Notes: generated from the sequence alone by a model not told the origin. A DNA stretch of 64,000 nt from an uncultured delta proteobacterium (GCA_963713045.1 CAVQKE010000004.1:128001-192000); one strand, 5' to 3'. Positions 1 through 9,252 are shown, counted from the first letter of the stretch. Numbers and translations: made by a program.

Positions 1-606
1 GTCATCGGTCCCAACGGCGCAGGCAAGACGGCCCTCTTCAAAGCCCTGATTGGCGCCGTACCCTTCACTGGGACGGTGGTATGGGCCCCCGGTACCCGGA
101 TTGGCTACGTCCCGCAGCGGCTGGACCTCGAGCGGGACTTGCCGTTGAGTGGGCGCGACTTCCTCCACGCCAAGGGCGCGCTGGTGGGCGCGGGCGAGGC
201 CGAGGTGGAGCGGGCGACGCGGCTGGTGAACCTCGGACGTGACCTCGCACAGCGCCCCATCGGCAGCCTGTCGGGAGGCCAGTTTCAGCGGCTGCTTCTT
301 GCCTTCGCGCTGCTCGGGCACCCCAGCGTGCTGCTGTTCGACGAGCCCACCACCGGCATCGACGAGCCGGGCGAGGAGCTCCTCTACGCCACGGTGGAGC
401 GGCTGCAGCGCGAGGAGAAGCTGACCCTCATCTTCATCTCCCATGAGTTGAGTCTGGTCTACCGGATGGCCGCCTTGGTGCTGTGCCTCGGCCGGCGGGG
501 CGTGAGCTGCTTCGGCCCCCCACGCCAAATCCTGACTCCGGAAACCCTGGAGCGCACCTACGGGGCTCCCATCCAGCACTACCTGCACGAAGTCCATGAG
601 CCTTAG
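1..606 (+). CDS. Zn/Mn-type metal ABC transporter ATP-binding subunit (5'-truncated by window edge)
   Basis: Frame 1 from base 1 reads VIGPNGAGKT (Walker A); also GYVPQ, LSGGQFQR signature, LLFDEPT Walker B, ISHE H-loop. Confidence 0.92.
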   Translation, partial: VIGPNGAGKTALFKALIGAVPFTGTVVWAPGTRIGYVPQRLDLERDLPLSGRDFLHAKGALVGAGEAEVERATRLVNLGRDLAQRPIGSLSGGQFQRLLLAFALLGHPSVLLFDEPTTGIDEPGEELLYATVERLQREEKLTLIFISHELSLVYRMAALVLCLGRRGVSCFGPPRQILTPETLERTYGAPIQHYLHEVHEP

Positions 607-1357
607 CAGCCTCCTGCTCTCGGGAAGCATGGCCATCGCCGCCGGCGTGGTCGGCTGCTTTGCCGTCATGCGGCGGATGACGCTGGCCGCCGACGCCATG
701 TCTCACATTGCGCTGCCGGGCATTGGGCTCGCGTTGACGCTTCACCTCAACCCGGTGGTGGGTGGGGTGGCGATGCTGTTGGTGGGCGCGTTTCTCATCT
801 GGGGCTTGGAGAAGCGCACCGGCATCTCCACCGAGACGGTGGTGGGCGTCGTCTTCTCGGCGGCCCTGGCGGTGGGCAGCATGCTGGCCTCAGGCGAGGA
901 ACTTATCGACGCCCTTCTCGGAAAACCAGGAGCGCTGGACGCCACGGAACTCGCCTTTGGGCTACTCGCGCCGCTGGGGGTGGTGCTCTACCTCGCCCGG
1001 GAACGCAACCAGCTCCTGATTACCCTCGTCTCGCCCGACCTGGCGCGCACGGTGGACATTCCGGTGGACCGACTGAACCTCGGTTTCCTGCTGGCCTTCG
1101 CGGTGACAGTGGCACTGGGGCTGCGCTACCTGGGGGTGCTGCTGATGGGCTCGCTCATCATCATCCCGGCAGCCACCGCCAAGCACTTGGCTGGCAACAT
1201 CCGGACCATGTTTCTGGTGGCGGTGGGGGTGTCCTTGGGCGCCACCCTCGCCGGCAGCAGCTTGGCGGCGGTGCTGCACCGGCCAACCGGGCCAGTCATC
1301 ATCACCGTCGCGGCGGGCTGTTTCTTCATCAGTCTCGCCTGGCGCCGTCCGGTGTGA
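596..1357 (+). CDS. Metal ABC transporter permease (ZnuB/ABC-3 family)
   Basis: Multiple TM helices, DAMSHIALPG and GVLLMGSLIIIPA motifs; overlaps the ATPase stop. Confidence 0.9.
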   Translation: MSLSSLLLSGSMAIAAGVVGCFAVMRRMTLAADAMSHIALPGIGLALTLHLNPVVGGVAMLLVGAFLIWGLEKRTGISTETVVGVVFSAALAVGSMLASGEELIDALLGKPGALDATELAFGLLAPLGVVLYLARERNQLLITLVSPDLARTVDIPVDRLNLGFLLAFAVTVALGLRYLGVLLMGSLIIIPAATAKHLAGNIRTMFLVAVGVSLGATLAGSSLAAVLHRPTGPVIITVAAGCFFISLAWRRPV

Positions 1358-1382
1358 CGCAAGGACACGCCTTGACGGCCCG

Positions 1383-3791
1383 CTACTTCTTCTTGCCTCC
1401 GCCGGAGTGGGCTGGCTTGGAGGCGGAAGGGGGCCGCTGACTTTGTGGCTTCGCTGCCGGTTGGGCCTTGGCCGGCGGCCGCGAGGCATGCCCCATGGCC
1501 GACTGGTAACTCTGGTTGCGCTCGTTTCCGCGCTGGCGCGCCTGGTAGTCCGGTTGAATGTTGGAGGGGGCGGCGGGCCGAGCTGCTGGGGCAGACGCTG
1601 GCCGCTGGGCGGGAGCCGCGGGGGTTCCCCCGGGCGACGGGCGCGCTGCCTGGGTGGGCGACGGGGAGGGCCGGGTGCTGGGCGCGCCCGGGGACGACGG
1701 GGTGCCCGGCGAAGGGCGAGCCGCATTCCCACCGGCCGGGCTGGTGCCACCCGCCGGCTTCCAGCCGGAATTGTCGCGCTGCTGCCAGCTGCCGTTGGCC
1801 TGCTGCCGCATCACATTGCCATTCTTGTCGGCGTAGACGTTGTTGGGCATCGGCCGGGCCGTGGCTGGCCGGCCGGTGTTGGACGGCTGGGCGGGGCGCG
1901 GCGCGACGACGGCATTGGAGGTGCCGGGACGCTGGTAGAGGCTGGCCTGGGGGGGCCGACCGCCAGGGTAGCCCCCGTAGGGAGGCCGGCCACCAGGGTA
2001 ACCTCCGGGCGGGTAGCCCGCGGGGGGCCGGTAGCCGGGTGGCGGCCGGTAGCCATAGCCCGGCCCATAGTAGGGGGGCGGGCGGTAGCCGCCCGGCCCA
2101 TACCAGCCGCCGCCGTAGGGCGGCCGCCACGGGGGGCGGTAGTAGGCGCCGCCCCAGGTGGTGCCGAAGGACAGAAAGCCGGCACTCACGCCGACGCCGT
2201 AGCTCCAGCCTGTCCAGGGGTTGTAGTGGACGCTGAAGCCCCAGGTGACGGGGCGCGGGTAGTAGACGACCGGCGAGACGTAGGCCGGGTAGACGTAACC
2301 GGTGCCGTACACCACCGCGCCATTCCAGGTGTAGCAGCCCACGTAGCCGGGCGTGTAGCCGACGTACACCACCTGCGGCGTGGCCTGGTAAATGGTGACG
2401 TACTTGACGTTGTACACCGGGCTCGCCGGCGGAATGGTTTGCACCGCTTGCGGCACCGAGGTGGCCACTGCCCAGGGCCCCTGCGGCCCTGGCGCCACGT
2501 ACCAAACGGCGTTGACGCAGGCGTAGTACGCCCCGTCAATGAGGAGCACCGAGGAAGCGCTGTTGACGGCGTAGGACATGCTGGTGCTGGGAATGGGCTG
2601 AAAGTTGGGCTGCCCGTCGTACTGGACGGAGGGCGCCGGCGCGTCGCGCTTCACCTCGGCCGTCTGGGGAATTTGCGCGTCGATGATGGCCTCTTTGGCC
2701 TGGGTGGTTCCGGAGACGAAGGCCAACACGTCGCCCTTGGGCGAGGTGGCAGGAATTCTTGCGAAGTCCGGGGGCAACTGGTCCGAGCGGACGAACGTCC
2801 AAGGGCCGGCGAAGCCGGTGCTGGAGTACCAGCGCCCGGCCAAAACAATGAAGAGCTTTTGAGAGGCGACGTCCCGGAAGATGTTGTCCTCGCTGTTGGT
2901 GACGTAGAGGAGCTGGGTCCCGTTGAGGGGCGCGAAGTTGGGTACCCCATTGGTCACCAACAATTCGGTGGGCTCGGTGACCACCAGGATGGCCGGCGGC
3001 GGGCTGTCCGAGGGAGGGGGCGCGCTCTGGTCCTCCTTGTCGCCGCGGAGCACCACCGCGGCCACTTCGGGCGGCGGCTTGGGGATGACTTCCCAGGGAC
3101 CGGCGAGAAGGTCGGCTGTCTGGTACCAGATTGCGCCGTTGGTGAGGTAGTAGCGCTGGGCGGTCGGGTCGAAGAAGAGCGGGTAGGGCGTGTTGACGAC
3201 GCTTTCGATGCCCGAATTCTCGATGGGCTTGCGAATGGGTTGACCATCGAGGACCACCAACACGGTGGGCTGGGAGGCGACGAGGATTTTGGGCGGGGCG
3301 GCTTGCAGGTCGTCCGAGGCCTTCCGTTCGTCTTGCACCTGCGCCAGCGCGGCCGTCAGGCCGTCGAGAGACAGCGAGAGGTCCCATTTTGGGGCCTCAC
3401 GTTCGATGTCCGCGGCAAAGTGCTGCTCGTCATTTTCCGTAGCATCCGGAAGTCGAAGCCGCGCCACCTTGACGCCAAGCACCTGCACCACCCGCTGGTC
3501 GCGGTCGATGTTGACGTTGGAGGTGAACCAAAAGGCGCCGAAGATGGGCTCGGTCTTTCCGTTGGGAGTTAAAGAAAACGCGGCGCGTCCGCTGAGGGTG
3601 CTTCCCTGAAGGGCCTCCGGCTGCGGCTCATAGACGACGATGGTGCCTGCGGCCGAGTCAATCCGTCGGGGCCAGTCGGTCGTCGCGTCTGGGGCAGCCC
3701 CGGCCAACCGAGTGGCGGCCAGCTGGGCCACCAGGGCGACGGCCAGCAGGGGGCGGTAACTACCCATGGTCGACCTCAGTCCCAGTTTCAT
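1383..3791 (-). CDS. Large secreted protein with Tyr/Gly/Pro-rich repeats and disordered C-terminus
   Basis: Signal-peptide-like N-terminus; repeated WY..GPW modules; YRPP/GGYP repeats; start could be the internal Met (MGSYRP). Confidence 0.75.
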   Translation of the reverse strand: MKLGLRSTMGSYRPLLAVALVAQLAATRLAGAAPDATTDWPRRIDSAAGTIVVYEPQPEALQGSTLSGRAAFSLTPNGKTEPIFGAFWFTSNVNIDRDQRVVQVLGVKVARLRLPDATENDEQHFAADIEREAPKWDLSLSLDGLTAALAQVQDERKASDDLQAAPPKILVASQPTVLVVLDGQPIRKPIENSGIESVVNTPYPLFFDPTAQRYYLTNGAIWYQTADLLAGPWEVIPKPPPEVAAVVLRGDKEDQSAPPPSDSPPPAILVVTEPTELLVTNGVPNFAPLNGTQLLYVTNSEDNIFRDVASQKLFIVLAGRWYSSTGFAGPWTFVRSDQLPPDFARIPATSPKGDVLAFVSGTTQAKEAIIDAQIPQTAEVKRDAPAPSVQYDGQPNFQPIPSTSMSYAVNSASSVLLIDGAYYACVNAVWYVAPGPQGPWAVATSVPQAVQTIPPASPVYNVKYVTIYQATPQVVYVGYTPGYVGCYTWNGAVVYGTGYVYPAYVSPVVYYPRPVTWGFSVHYNPWTGWSYGVGVSAGFLSFGTTWGGAYYRPPWRPPYGGGWYGPGGYRPPPYYGPGYGYRPPPGYRPPAGYPPGGYPGGRPPYGGYPGGRPPQASLYQRPGTSNAVVAPRPAQPSNTGRPATARPMPNNVYADKNGNVMRQQANGSWQQRDNSGWKPAGGTSPAGGNAARPSPGTPSSPGAPSTRPSPSPTQAARPSPGGTPAAPAQRPASAPAARPAAPSNIQPDYQARQRGNERNQSYQSAMGHASRPPAKAQPAAKPQSQRPPSASKPAHSGGGKKK

Positions 3792-3950
3792 TTGCCTGAC
3801 ACAGACGCAGGCGGCGCCCCTTTAATCACATCCCCCCATCTGGAGGCGACGGCGGCTGGCCGCCACCGGGCGCGTCGGCTGTTGTAGCTTTCTCCGGCCC
3901 GGCTCCAACCCTCCGGGCAAAGCCCCCCAGCTGCTGGAGGAAGACAACCG

Positions 3951-4232
3951 ATGAAGAAGACGCTCATGCCGCTGGTCTTCGCACTTGGCCTTGGAGTTTC
4001 CCTGTTGCCTCTCGCAGCGCGGGCTGAAACGACGGCCGAGGAGAGGGCGGCGCATCCGCGCATCGCTCAGGCAATTGATGACCTCGACGCAGCCATCCAG
4101 TACCTGCAGGCGGCTCCGCACGACTTCGGCGGTCACAAGCAGGCCGCCATCAACGCCAGCCGCAATGCCCAGAAGCAACTCCGCGAGGCGCTGAAGTACC
4201 GCGCCCAGGTGGACACCGCGCACGGCCATTAG
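3951..4232 (+). CDS. Small secreted helical protein (HP..A / HDFGGH motif)
   Basis: GGAGG RBS upstream; MKK + hydrophobic + ARA signal peptide; two amphipathic helices. Confidence 0.8.
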   Translation: MKKTLMPLVFALGLGVSLLPLAARAETTAEERAAHPRIAQAIDDLDAAIQYLQAAPHDFGGHKQAAINASRNAQKQLREALKYRAQVDTAHGH

Positions 4233-4294
4233 CCGACGCGCCCGTCGCTGCACCATTCAGACGTCCAGGCAGCCCAGGCTGCGAGGTGCTGCTT

Positions 4295-5875
4295 CTAGAG
4301 GGGCGGCACTTCGCGGCGGCGCCAGGGCCGTTCGACTGTCTTGTTGACGCTGCGCCGCAGCGCCAGTGCGAGCTGCCAGCGTGTGTCGCGCGGGTCGATG
4401 ATGTCGTCCACCATGCCCATGGCTGCGGCCCGGTCGACGCGCACATGCGGCCGCAAACCCGCCGCCAACTCCTCCCTCAGGGTCTTCGACTCCTCGGGGG
4501 TGCCAGCCGCCTCCAATAACTTCCGCCCGGCGATGGCCACCAGGCCGTCGGCGCCCATGACGCCAATTTCTGCGCCCGGCCATGCAACGAGGAGGTCCGG
4601 CTCGAAAGCCCGGCCATTCATGACGTAGTAGCCAGCCCCGAAGCCCTTGCGCACCACCACCGTCAACTTGGGAACGGTGGCGGAGGCGACAACCTGGAGC
4701 AGTCGCGCGCCGTGCCGGACCAGCCCTTGTTGCTCAGTCTTTGTCCCCACCAGGAAGCCCGGGACGTCTTGAAGGAAGAGCAGCGGCAGTTGAAACGCGT
4801 CGCAGAGGGCGACGAAACGTGCCGCCTTGTCACTGGCCGCGACGTCCAGCACCCCTCCAAGAAACATGGAGTTGTTGGCCACGATGCCCAGTGGAAAGCC
4901 GTCGATGCGGGCCAGGCCGGTGATGATGTTGCGGGCAAAGCGCGGCTTGATGCTGAAAAAGTGGCGCTCGTCCACCACCGCGTGGATGACTTTGTGCATG
5001 TCAAACGCCTGGCGCGGGTTGTCCGGAACCACGTTCAACAGGGATTCATCGCGCCGCTCGGCCGGGTCGCTCGGGACTTGCCGGGGCGGCCTCTGCTGGC
5101 AGTGGGAAGGGAAGAAGGACAGGTAGTCCCGGACGGCGCGAATGCAGGCGGCATCGTCGGGAAATTCCCCATCGGCAACGCCGGAGACTTCGTTGTGCAA
5201 CCGGCTGCCGCCCAGCTCCTGTTCGCTGACTTTCTCTCCCACGGTGGACTCGACCAGGGTGGGTCCCCCAACGGCAATCGAGCCCACGTCCTTCACCATC
5301 GGGACGTAGTCGGCGAGGCCTGGAATGTAGGCCGTCCCCGCCGCGCCCGGTCCAAGCATGGCCGCCACCTGGGGCACCACGCCGGAGAGTACCGACTGCT
5401 CCTGGAAGAGGTAGCCGGTGTCGGCAAATCCCGCCAGTCGCCGCGGGTCGACTTCGCTGGCCTCCAGGCGGGCACCGGCAGAATCCACCAGCCACACCAG
5501 GGGCAGCCGCTCCTTCAGCACCAGGTCCCGCAGCCGGGTCACCTTGCGTTCGCCCACCTCGCCGATGGAACCCCCGAGGACGGTAAAGTCATAGATTGCC
5601 GCCGCCACCGGCCGGCCACCGACGTGGCCAATGGCCGTCAGGACGCCGTCGGCCGGTGTGGGCCGGGAGGCGTCCTCCTCCTCGGACAGGCGCCCCTCGG
5701 CCGCCGCTAGCCCTCCCAACTCCTGGACGGTGCCCGCGTCGAAGAGGAGCGCCAGTCGTGCCCGCGCGTCCAGTTTGTTGCGCCCGTGTTGGCGGGCGAC
5801 GCGCTCCGGGCCCCCCATTTGCGCCTTCTTGGCCCGAAGGGCCTCCAGCGCCTCCACCCGTTCCTTCATCCCCAT
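4295..5875 (-). CDS. Acyl-CoA carboxylase carboxyltransferase (beta) subunit
   Basis: GGPERVARQH, DFTVLGGSIG, DSAGARL, QDVPGFLVG, DDIIDPRDTR motifs; start trimmed from the 897-aa ORF to MGMKER. Confidence 0.92.
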   Translation of the reverse strand: MGMKERVEALEALRAKKAQMGGPERVARQHGRNKLDARARLALLFDAGTVQELGGLAAAEGRLSEEEDASRPTPADGVLTAIGHVGGRPVAAAIYDFTVLGGSIGEVGERKVTRLRDLVLKERLPLVWLVDSAGARLEASEVDPRRLAGFADTGYLFQEQSVLSGVVPQVAAMLGPGAAGTAYIPGLADYVPMVKDVGSIAVGGPTLVESTVGEKVSEQELGGSRLHNEVSGVADGEFPDDAACIRAVRDYLSFFPSHCQQRPPRQVPSDPAERRDESLLNVVPDNPRQAFDMHKVIHAVVDERHFFSIKPRFARNIITGLARIDGFPLGIVANNSMFLGGVLDVAASDKAARFVALCDAFQLPLLFLQDVPGFLVGTKTEQQGLVRHGARLLQVVASATVPKLTVVVRKGFGAGYYVMNGRAFEPDLLVAWPGAEIGVMGADGLVAIAGRKLLEAAGTPEESKTLREELAAGLRPHVRVDRAAAMGMVDDIIDPRDTRWQLALALRRSVNKTVERPWRRREVPPL

Positions 5876-5965
5876 GTGAGAAAGCCCGCCCTCTGTAAGG
5901 TAGTCCGCAGTTGTCCGACATCCGCCCCCCCAGCGCGGCGTGGGGAAGGTTAGCATCGCCTGGCC

Positions 5966-6934
5966 ATGGCTCGGCGGCCGCTCCGCATCGTCAGCTACAA
6001 CGTTCGTTACTTCGGCCACGCGCTGGGGGGCCTTGCCACCTCGCGCCGCTCGATGGACCGCATCGCCCGCAAGCTGGCACACCTTGAGCCGGTGGCCGAC
6101 GTGGTGTGTCTTCAGGAAGTGGAGACGCGCAGCCTCCGCTCGACGGTGGCCTTTGGCAAAACGGCCTGCACTCAGCTCGAGGCCTTCATGGAGGCCCTGG
6201 CGGCGGAGCGCTCCCGGCCCAAGGCCAGCTTCCCGTACGAGGCGTACTACTTCCCGGCGCACACCTACCGGGTGCGACAGACGGCCATTTACACCACTGG
6301 ACTCGCGGTGCTGGTCAACACCGAACGCCTCACCGTGCAAGGCCACAATGGGCGCGCTCCCCACCGGATTACGCACCACCATGTCGCTCGTCTGCGCGAG
6401 GCGAAACAGAGTCGCATCTGCGCCCACGTGCGGCTGGCCACGCCCTCCGGCGGCGCGTTGCACGTCTTCAACACCCACTTGAGTCTTCCGACGCCTTTCG
6501 CACGCTCCTTTTGGTCGGCCCGCGCGAAAATGGGCTTTGGGCCCAACCAAGTGCACGAGGCCCATAAGCTGGTGGCTCACGTCCAGGACGTGGCCGGCAG
6601 CGAGCCCTTCGTCGTCTGTGGAGACTTCAACTCCTCGCCCGCATCGCCCGTCTACCGCTATCTCACCACCGAGGCCCGGTGGGCCGGGGCGCAAGAGCAG
6701 CTCAAACAAATCGACGCCAGCGCACGAACCGGCTTTCCGACGGCCGGCTTCTTTCGCTTGCGGATGCACTTGGACCATCTCTTCGGCGGCAACGGTGTGC
6801 GCTGGGTGGACATGGAGGGGACGGCGCCCTTTGGCGCGAGCCCCTTTCAGGGGTTGTCGGACCATGTCCCCCTCATCGCCCGCTTTCAGCTGGCAGGGCA
6901 CGCGGCGGCCCACAGAAGCGAGGACGTCGCGTAA
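5966..6934 (+). CDS. Endonuclease/exonuclease/phosphatase (EEP) family protein
   Basis: SYNV, LQEV, NTHL, GDFN, LDHLF, SDH catalytic motifs. Confidence 0.9.
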   Translation: MARRPLRIVSYNVRYFGHALGGLATSRRSMDRIARKLAHLEPVADVVCLQEVETRSLRSTVAFGKTACTQLEAFMEALAAERSRPKASFPYEAYYFPAHTYRVRQTAIYTTGLAVLVNTERLTVQGHNGRAPHRITHHHVARLREAKQSRICAHVRLATPSGGALHVFNTHLSLPTPFARSFWSARAKMGFGPNQVHEAHKLVAHVQDVAGSEPFVVCGDFNSSPASPVYRYLTTEARWAGAQEQLKQIDASARTGFPTAGFFRLRMHLDHLFGGNGVRWVDMEGTAPFGASPFQGLSDHVPLIARFQLAGHAAAHRSEDVA

Positions 6935-6952
6935 GCTAGCGTCAAAGCGCCC

Positions 6953-8506
6953 TTGGCCCGCCTCGACCCCATCTTCGAGCGCCTCCACCGCGAACGCGGC
7001 AGCGAGCTCGTCTTCGCTTCCGGCCAGCCGGTGGTGATGCGTACCCCCGGCGGCGACGTCGCGGTGCTTCGCCAGCAGCTCACCTCTCAGCAGATTGCGG
7101 GCGTGTTTGCGGAGCTGGTGCCGGCCGACATTCGCAACGGTTTCCCCGCTTCCGGCGTCACCCGGTTTGGCTACGAAGCTCCGGGTGGACGGGTGGCGGT
7201 GCTGTTTGAACGCAAGGAAGCCGCCGTCCGGGCGCTGGTCCGTCCCCAGGTGGATGGCGAAGCGCCCGGTGCGGCTCCCGTGGCCCCGGAGGCGGCGGCG
7301 CCCCGGGCTGCCCCAGCCCAGCGTGGCGCGCCCGCCCCGGCGGCCCAGCCGAGTGAAGCGGCCGCACCGGCGCCCGCCCCCCAGGCGGCCGCGCTCGCTC
7401 CAGCACCCGCGGACCCGCGCGCCGCCATCGACCAGCTGCTGGCGCTGACGGTGGAACGAGGCGCCTCGGACCTACACCTCACCAGCGACGGGCCGCCCGC
7501 GCTTCGTATCGACGGCGAGATGGTATCGCTCGAAGAATACGGGCCGATTCCTCGGGCCCGGCTTCAGGAGATGGTGTTTTCGGTGACCCCGGAGAAGAAC
7601 CGGGCCCAGTGGGAAGCACAGCACGACACCGACTTCGCCTTGGAAATGCCGGGCGTCCGGTTCCGGGTCAATGTCTTCGAGGACCGCCGCGGCATCGGGG
7701 CGGCGATGCGCCAGGTGCCGGCGAAAATCCGCACCGCCGAGGACCTCGCGCTGCCCAAAGCGGTCATCGAATTGTGTGGGCACAGCAAGGGGTTGGTGTT
7801 GGTGACGGGACCGACCGGTTCCGGCAAGTCCACCACCCTGGCGGCGATGGTGGACTACGTCAACCGAACGCGTGCCCAGCACATCATCACCATTGAGGAC
7901 CCGGTGGAATTCGTGCACCCCAACCGACGCTGCTTGGTGCACCAGCGCGAGGTCGGAGTCCACACCAACTCCTTCAAGCAGGCGCTACGGGCCGCCCTGC
8001 GCGAAGACCCGGACGTGGTGCTGGTGGGCGAGATGCGTGACCTCGAGACCATTGCCATCGCGCTCGAGACGGCGGAGACCGGCCACCTGGTGTTTGGGAC
8101 GCTTCACACCAACACCGCGCCCTCGACGGTGGACCGCATCATCGACCAGTTTCCCGCTGACCGGCAGGCCCAGGTGAGGACCATGTTGTCCGAGAGCCTC
8201 CGAGGGGTCGTCTCTCAGACGCTGCTCAAGCGGCGTGGAGGGGGCCGGGTAGCAGCGCTCGAGGTGCTGGTGGTGACGCCGCCGGTGGCCAACCTCATCC
8301 GAGAGGGGAAAACCTTCCAAATCCTCTCGACGATGCAGACCGGCCGCTCGTTCGGCAACCAGATGCTGAATGACGCCCTCTTGGAGCTGGTGAAGGGTCG
8401 CCAGGTGGAGCCAGACGAGGCTTACGCCAAGGCCCTCGCCAAGGCTGAGTTTCGACTGCAACTGGACCGCGCTGGCTTCAAGCTCAGCGCGGCCGAGGAA
8501 CGCTAG
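6953..8506 (+). CDS. pilT: Type IV pilus twitching motility ATPase PilT with extra N-terminal domain
   Basis: GASDLHL, GPTGSGKST, ITIEDPVE, ALREDPDVVLVGEMRD, AETGHLVFGTLHT. Confidence 0.9.
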   Translation: MARLDPIFERLHRERGSELVFASGQPVVMRTPGGDVAVLRQQLTSQQIAGVFAELVPADIRNGFPASGVTRFGYEAPGGRVAVLFERKEAAVRALVRPQVDGEAPGAAPVAPEAAAPRAAPAQRGAPAPAAQPSEAAAPAPAPQAAALAPAPADPRAAIDQLLALTVERGASDLHLTSDGPPALRIDGEMVSLEEYGPIPRARLQEMVFSVTPEKNRAQWEAQHDTDFALEMPGVRFRVNVFEDRRGIGAAMRQVPAKIRTAEDLALPKAVIELCGHSKGLVLVTGPTGSGKSTTLAAMVDYVNRTRAQHIITIEDPVEFVHPNRRCLVHQREVGVHTNSFKQALRAALREDPDVVLVGEMRDLETIAIALETAETGHLVFGTLHTNTAPSTVDRIIDQFPADRQAQVRTMLSESLRGVVSQTLLKRRGGGRVAALEVLVVTPPVANLIREGKTFQILSTMQTGRSFGNQMLNDALLELVKGRQVEPDEAYAKALAKAEFRLQLDRAGFKLSAAEER

Positions 8507-8700
8507 GCGCCCGGCCCCGGTCGCGAGGAAAGCACGTCGTTGACCGAAGGCATCCGGCGGATGTCCGAGCGCGCCACTTTCCAGGCTTGCTGGACAATCC
8601 AGGAAAGCGACCGGTCCTGCCGCATCGCCTCGCGCTGGATTTCCTCCAGCATCTCCTCGGGGAAATACAGGCTTTGCTTGCGGTGGTCGGTGCCTGCCAT
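8503..8700 (-). CDS. MXAN_4361/MXAN_4362 family (TIGR04563-like) small ribbon-helix-helix-like protein
   Basis: RKQSLYFPEEMLEEIQREAMRQDRSLSWIVQQAWKVAR; near-duplicate of the adjacent gene. Confidence 0.85.
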   Translation of the reverse strand: MAGTDHRKQSLYFPEEMLEEIQREAMRQDRSLSWIVQQAWKVARSDIRRMPSVNDVLSSRPGPGA

Positions 8701-8707
8701 GGAAAGG

Positions 8708-8917
8708 TCAGCCTTCCTCGCGCAGGTCGGGCAAGGCCGGCTCGCCGGTCACGTCGTTGACGGCCGGGAAGGACTTGATGCGCTCGCGCGCAATCCGCCA
8801 GGCTTGTTGAACGACCCAGGAAAGCGACCGGTCCTGCCGGGTGGCTTCTTCCTGAATCTCCCGAAGCATCTCCTCCGGGAAGTACAGAGACTGTTTGCGT
8901 TTGTCAGTTCCCGCCAT
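8708..8917 (-). CDS. MXAN_4361/MXAN_4362 family (TIGR04563-like) small protein, second copy
   Basis: MAGTDKRKQSLYFPEEMLREIQEEATRQDRSLSWVVQQAW; GGGAGA RBS upstream of ATG at 8917. Confidence 0.85.
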   Translation of the reverse strand: MAGTDKRKQSLYFPEEMLREIQEEATRQDRSLSWVVQQAWRIARERIKSFPAVNDVTGEPALPDLREEG

Positions 8918-9068
8918 GCCGTGCCGTCTCCCTAGGGAATCGCCCCTCCAGGACAGCCGAATCCGCACCGTGGCAGCCCGGCTCCCGGAACCCTTCGTGG
9001 CGTTCCTTGAGCGAGGTTATCCGACACCATTCGTGTCCGGTCAAACAGATGACAGTGGCCGACGTGTG

Positions 9069-9117
9069 AAAAAAAGGGACCACCCCGGTCCTCCAGGCAG
9101 GAGAACCGGGGTGGTCC
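9069..9117 (-). terminator. Rho-independent terminator
   Basis: GGACCACCCCGGUUCUCC-UGCCU-GGAGGACCGGGGUGGUCC (18 bp incl. one G.U) then C-UUUUUUU. Confidence 0.85.
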
Positions 9118-9226
9118 GGAGAGAAGGGCACCCTGGTGAGCCCGAGAAAGGGCTCCCAGGACGCCCCGTGGACCCAGAGGGGGAGGGGGGGGACCCCTGG
9201 GTCCATCTTTCTTACGAAGTCGGGGG
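9069..9226 (-). ncRNA. Putative three-hairpin small RNA with C-rich loop (Pxr-like architecture)
   Basis: Three consecutive stems (9169-9205, 9126-9166, 9077-9117), the last followed by U7; sigma54-like promoter upstream; 5' end estimated from promoter spacing. Confidence 0.6.
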
Positions 9227-9236
9227 GTAGAACAGT

Positions 9237-9252
9237 CGCAACCGCTGTTCCA
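9237..9252 (-). promoter_or_regulatory. Sigma54 (-24/-12)-like promoter
   Basis: Minus strand TGGAACAGCGGTTGCG = GG-N10-GC, close to TGGCACG-N4-TTGC. Confidence 0.55.

Noticed and set aside
1960..2150. Repetitive DNA resembling a repeat array or CRISPR
   Set aside because: Imperfect codon-level repeats encoding YRPP/GGYP; no constant repeat-spacer structure and no cas genes
1407..3572. Long antisense ORF (721 aa) and similar shadow ORFs throughout
   Set aside because: Expected from high GC3 codon bias; no motifs
4295..6988. 897-aa carboxyltransferase ORF
   Set aside because: The upstream part is antisense to the EEP gene; the real start is about 5875
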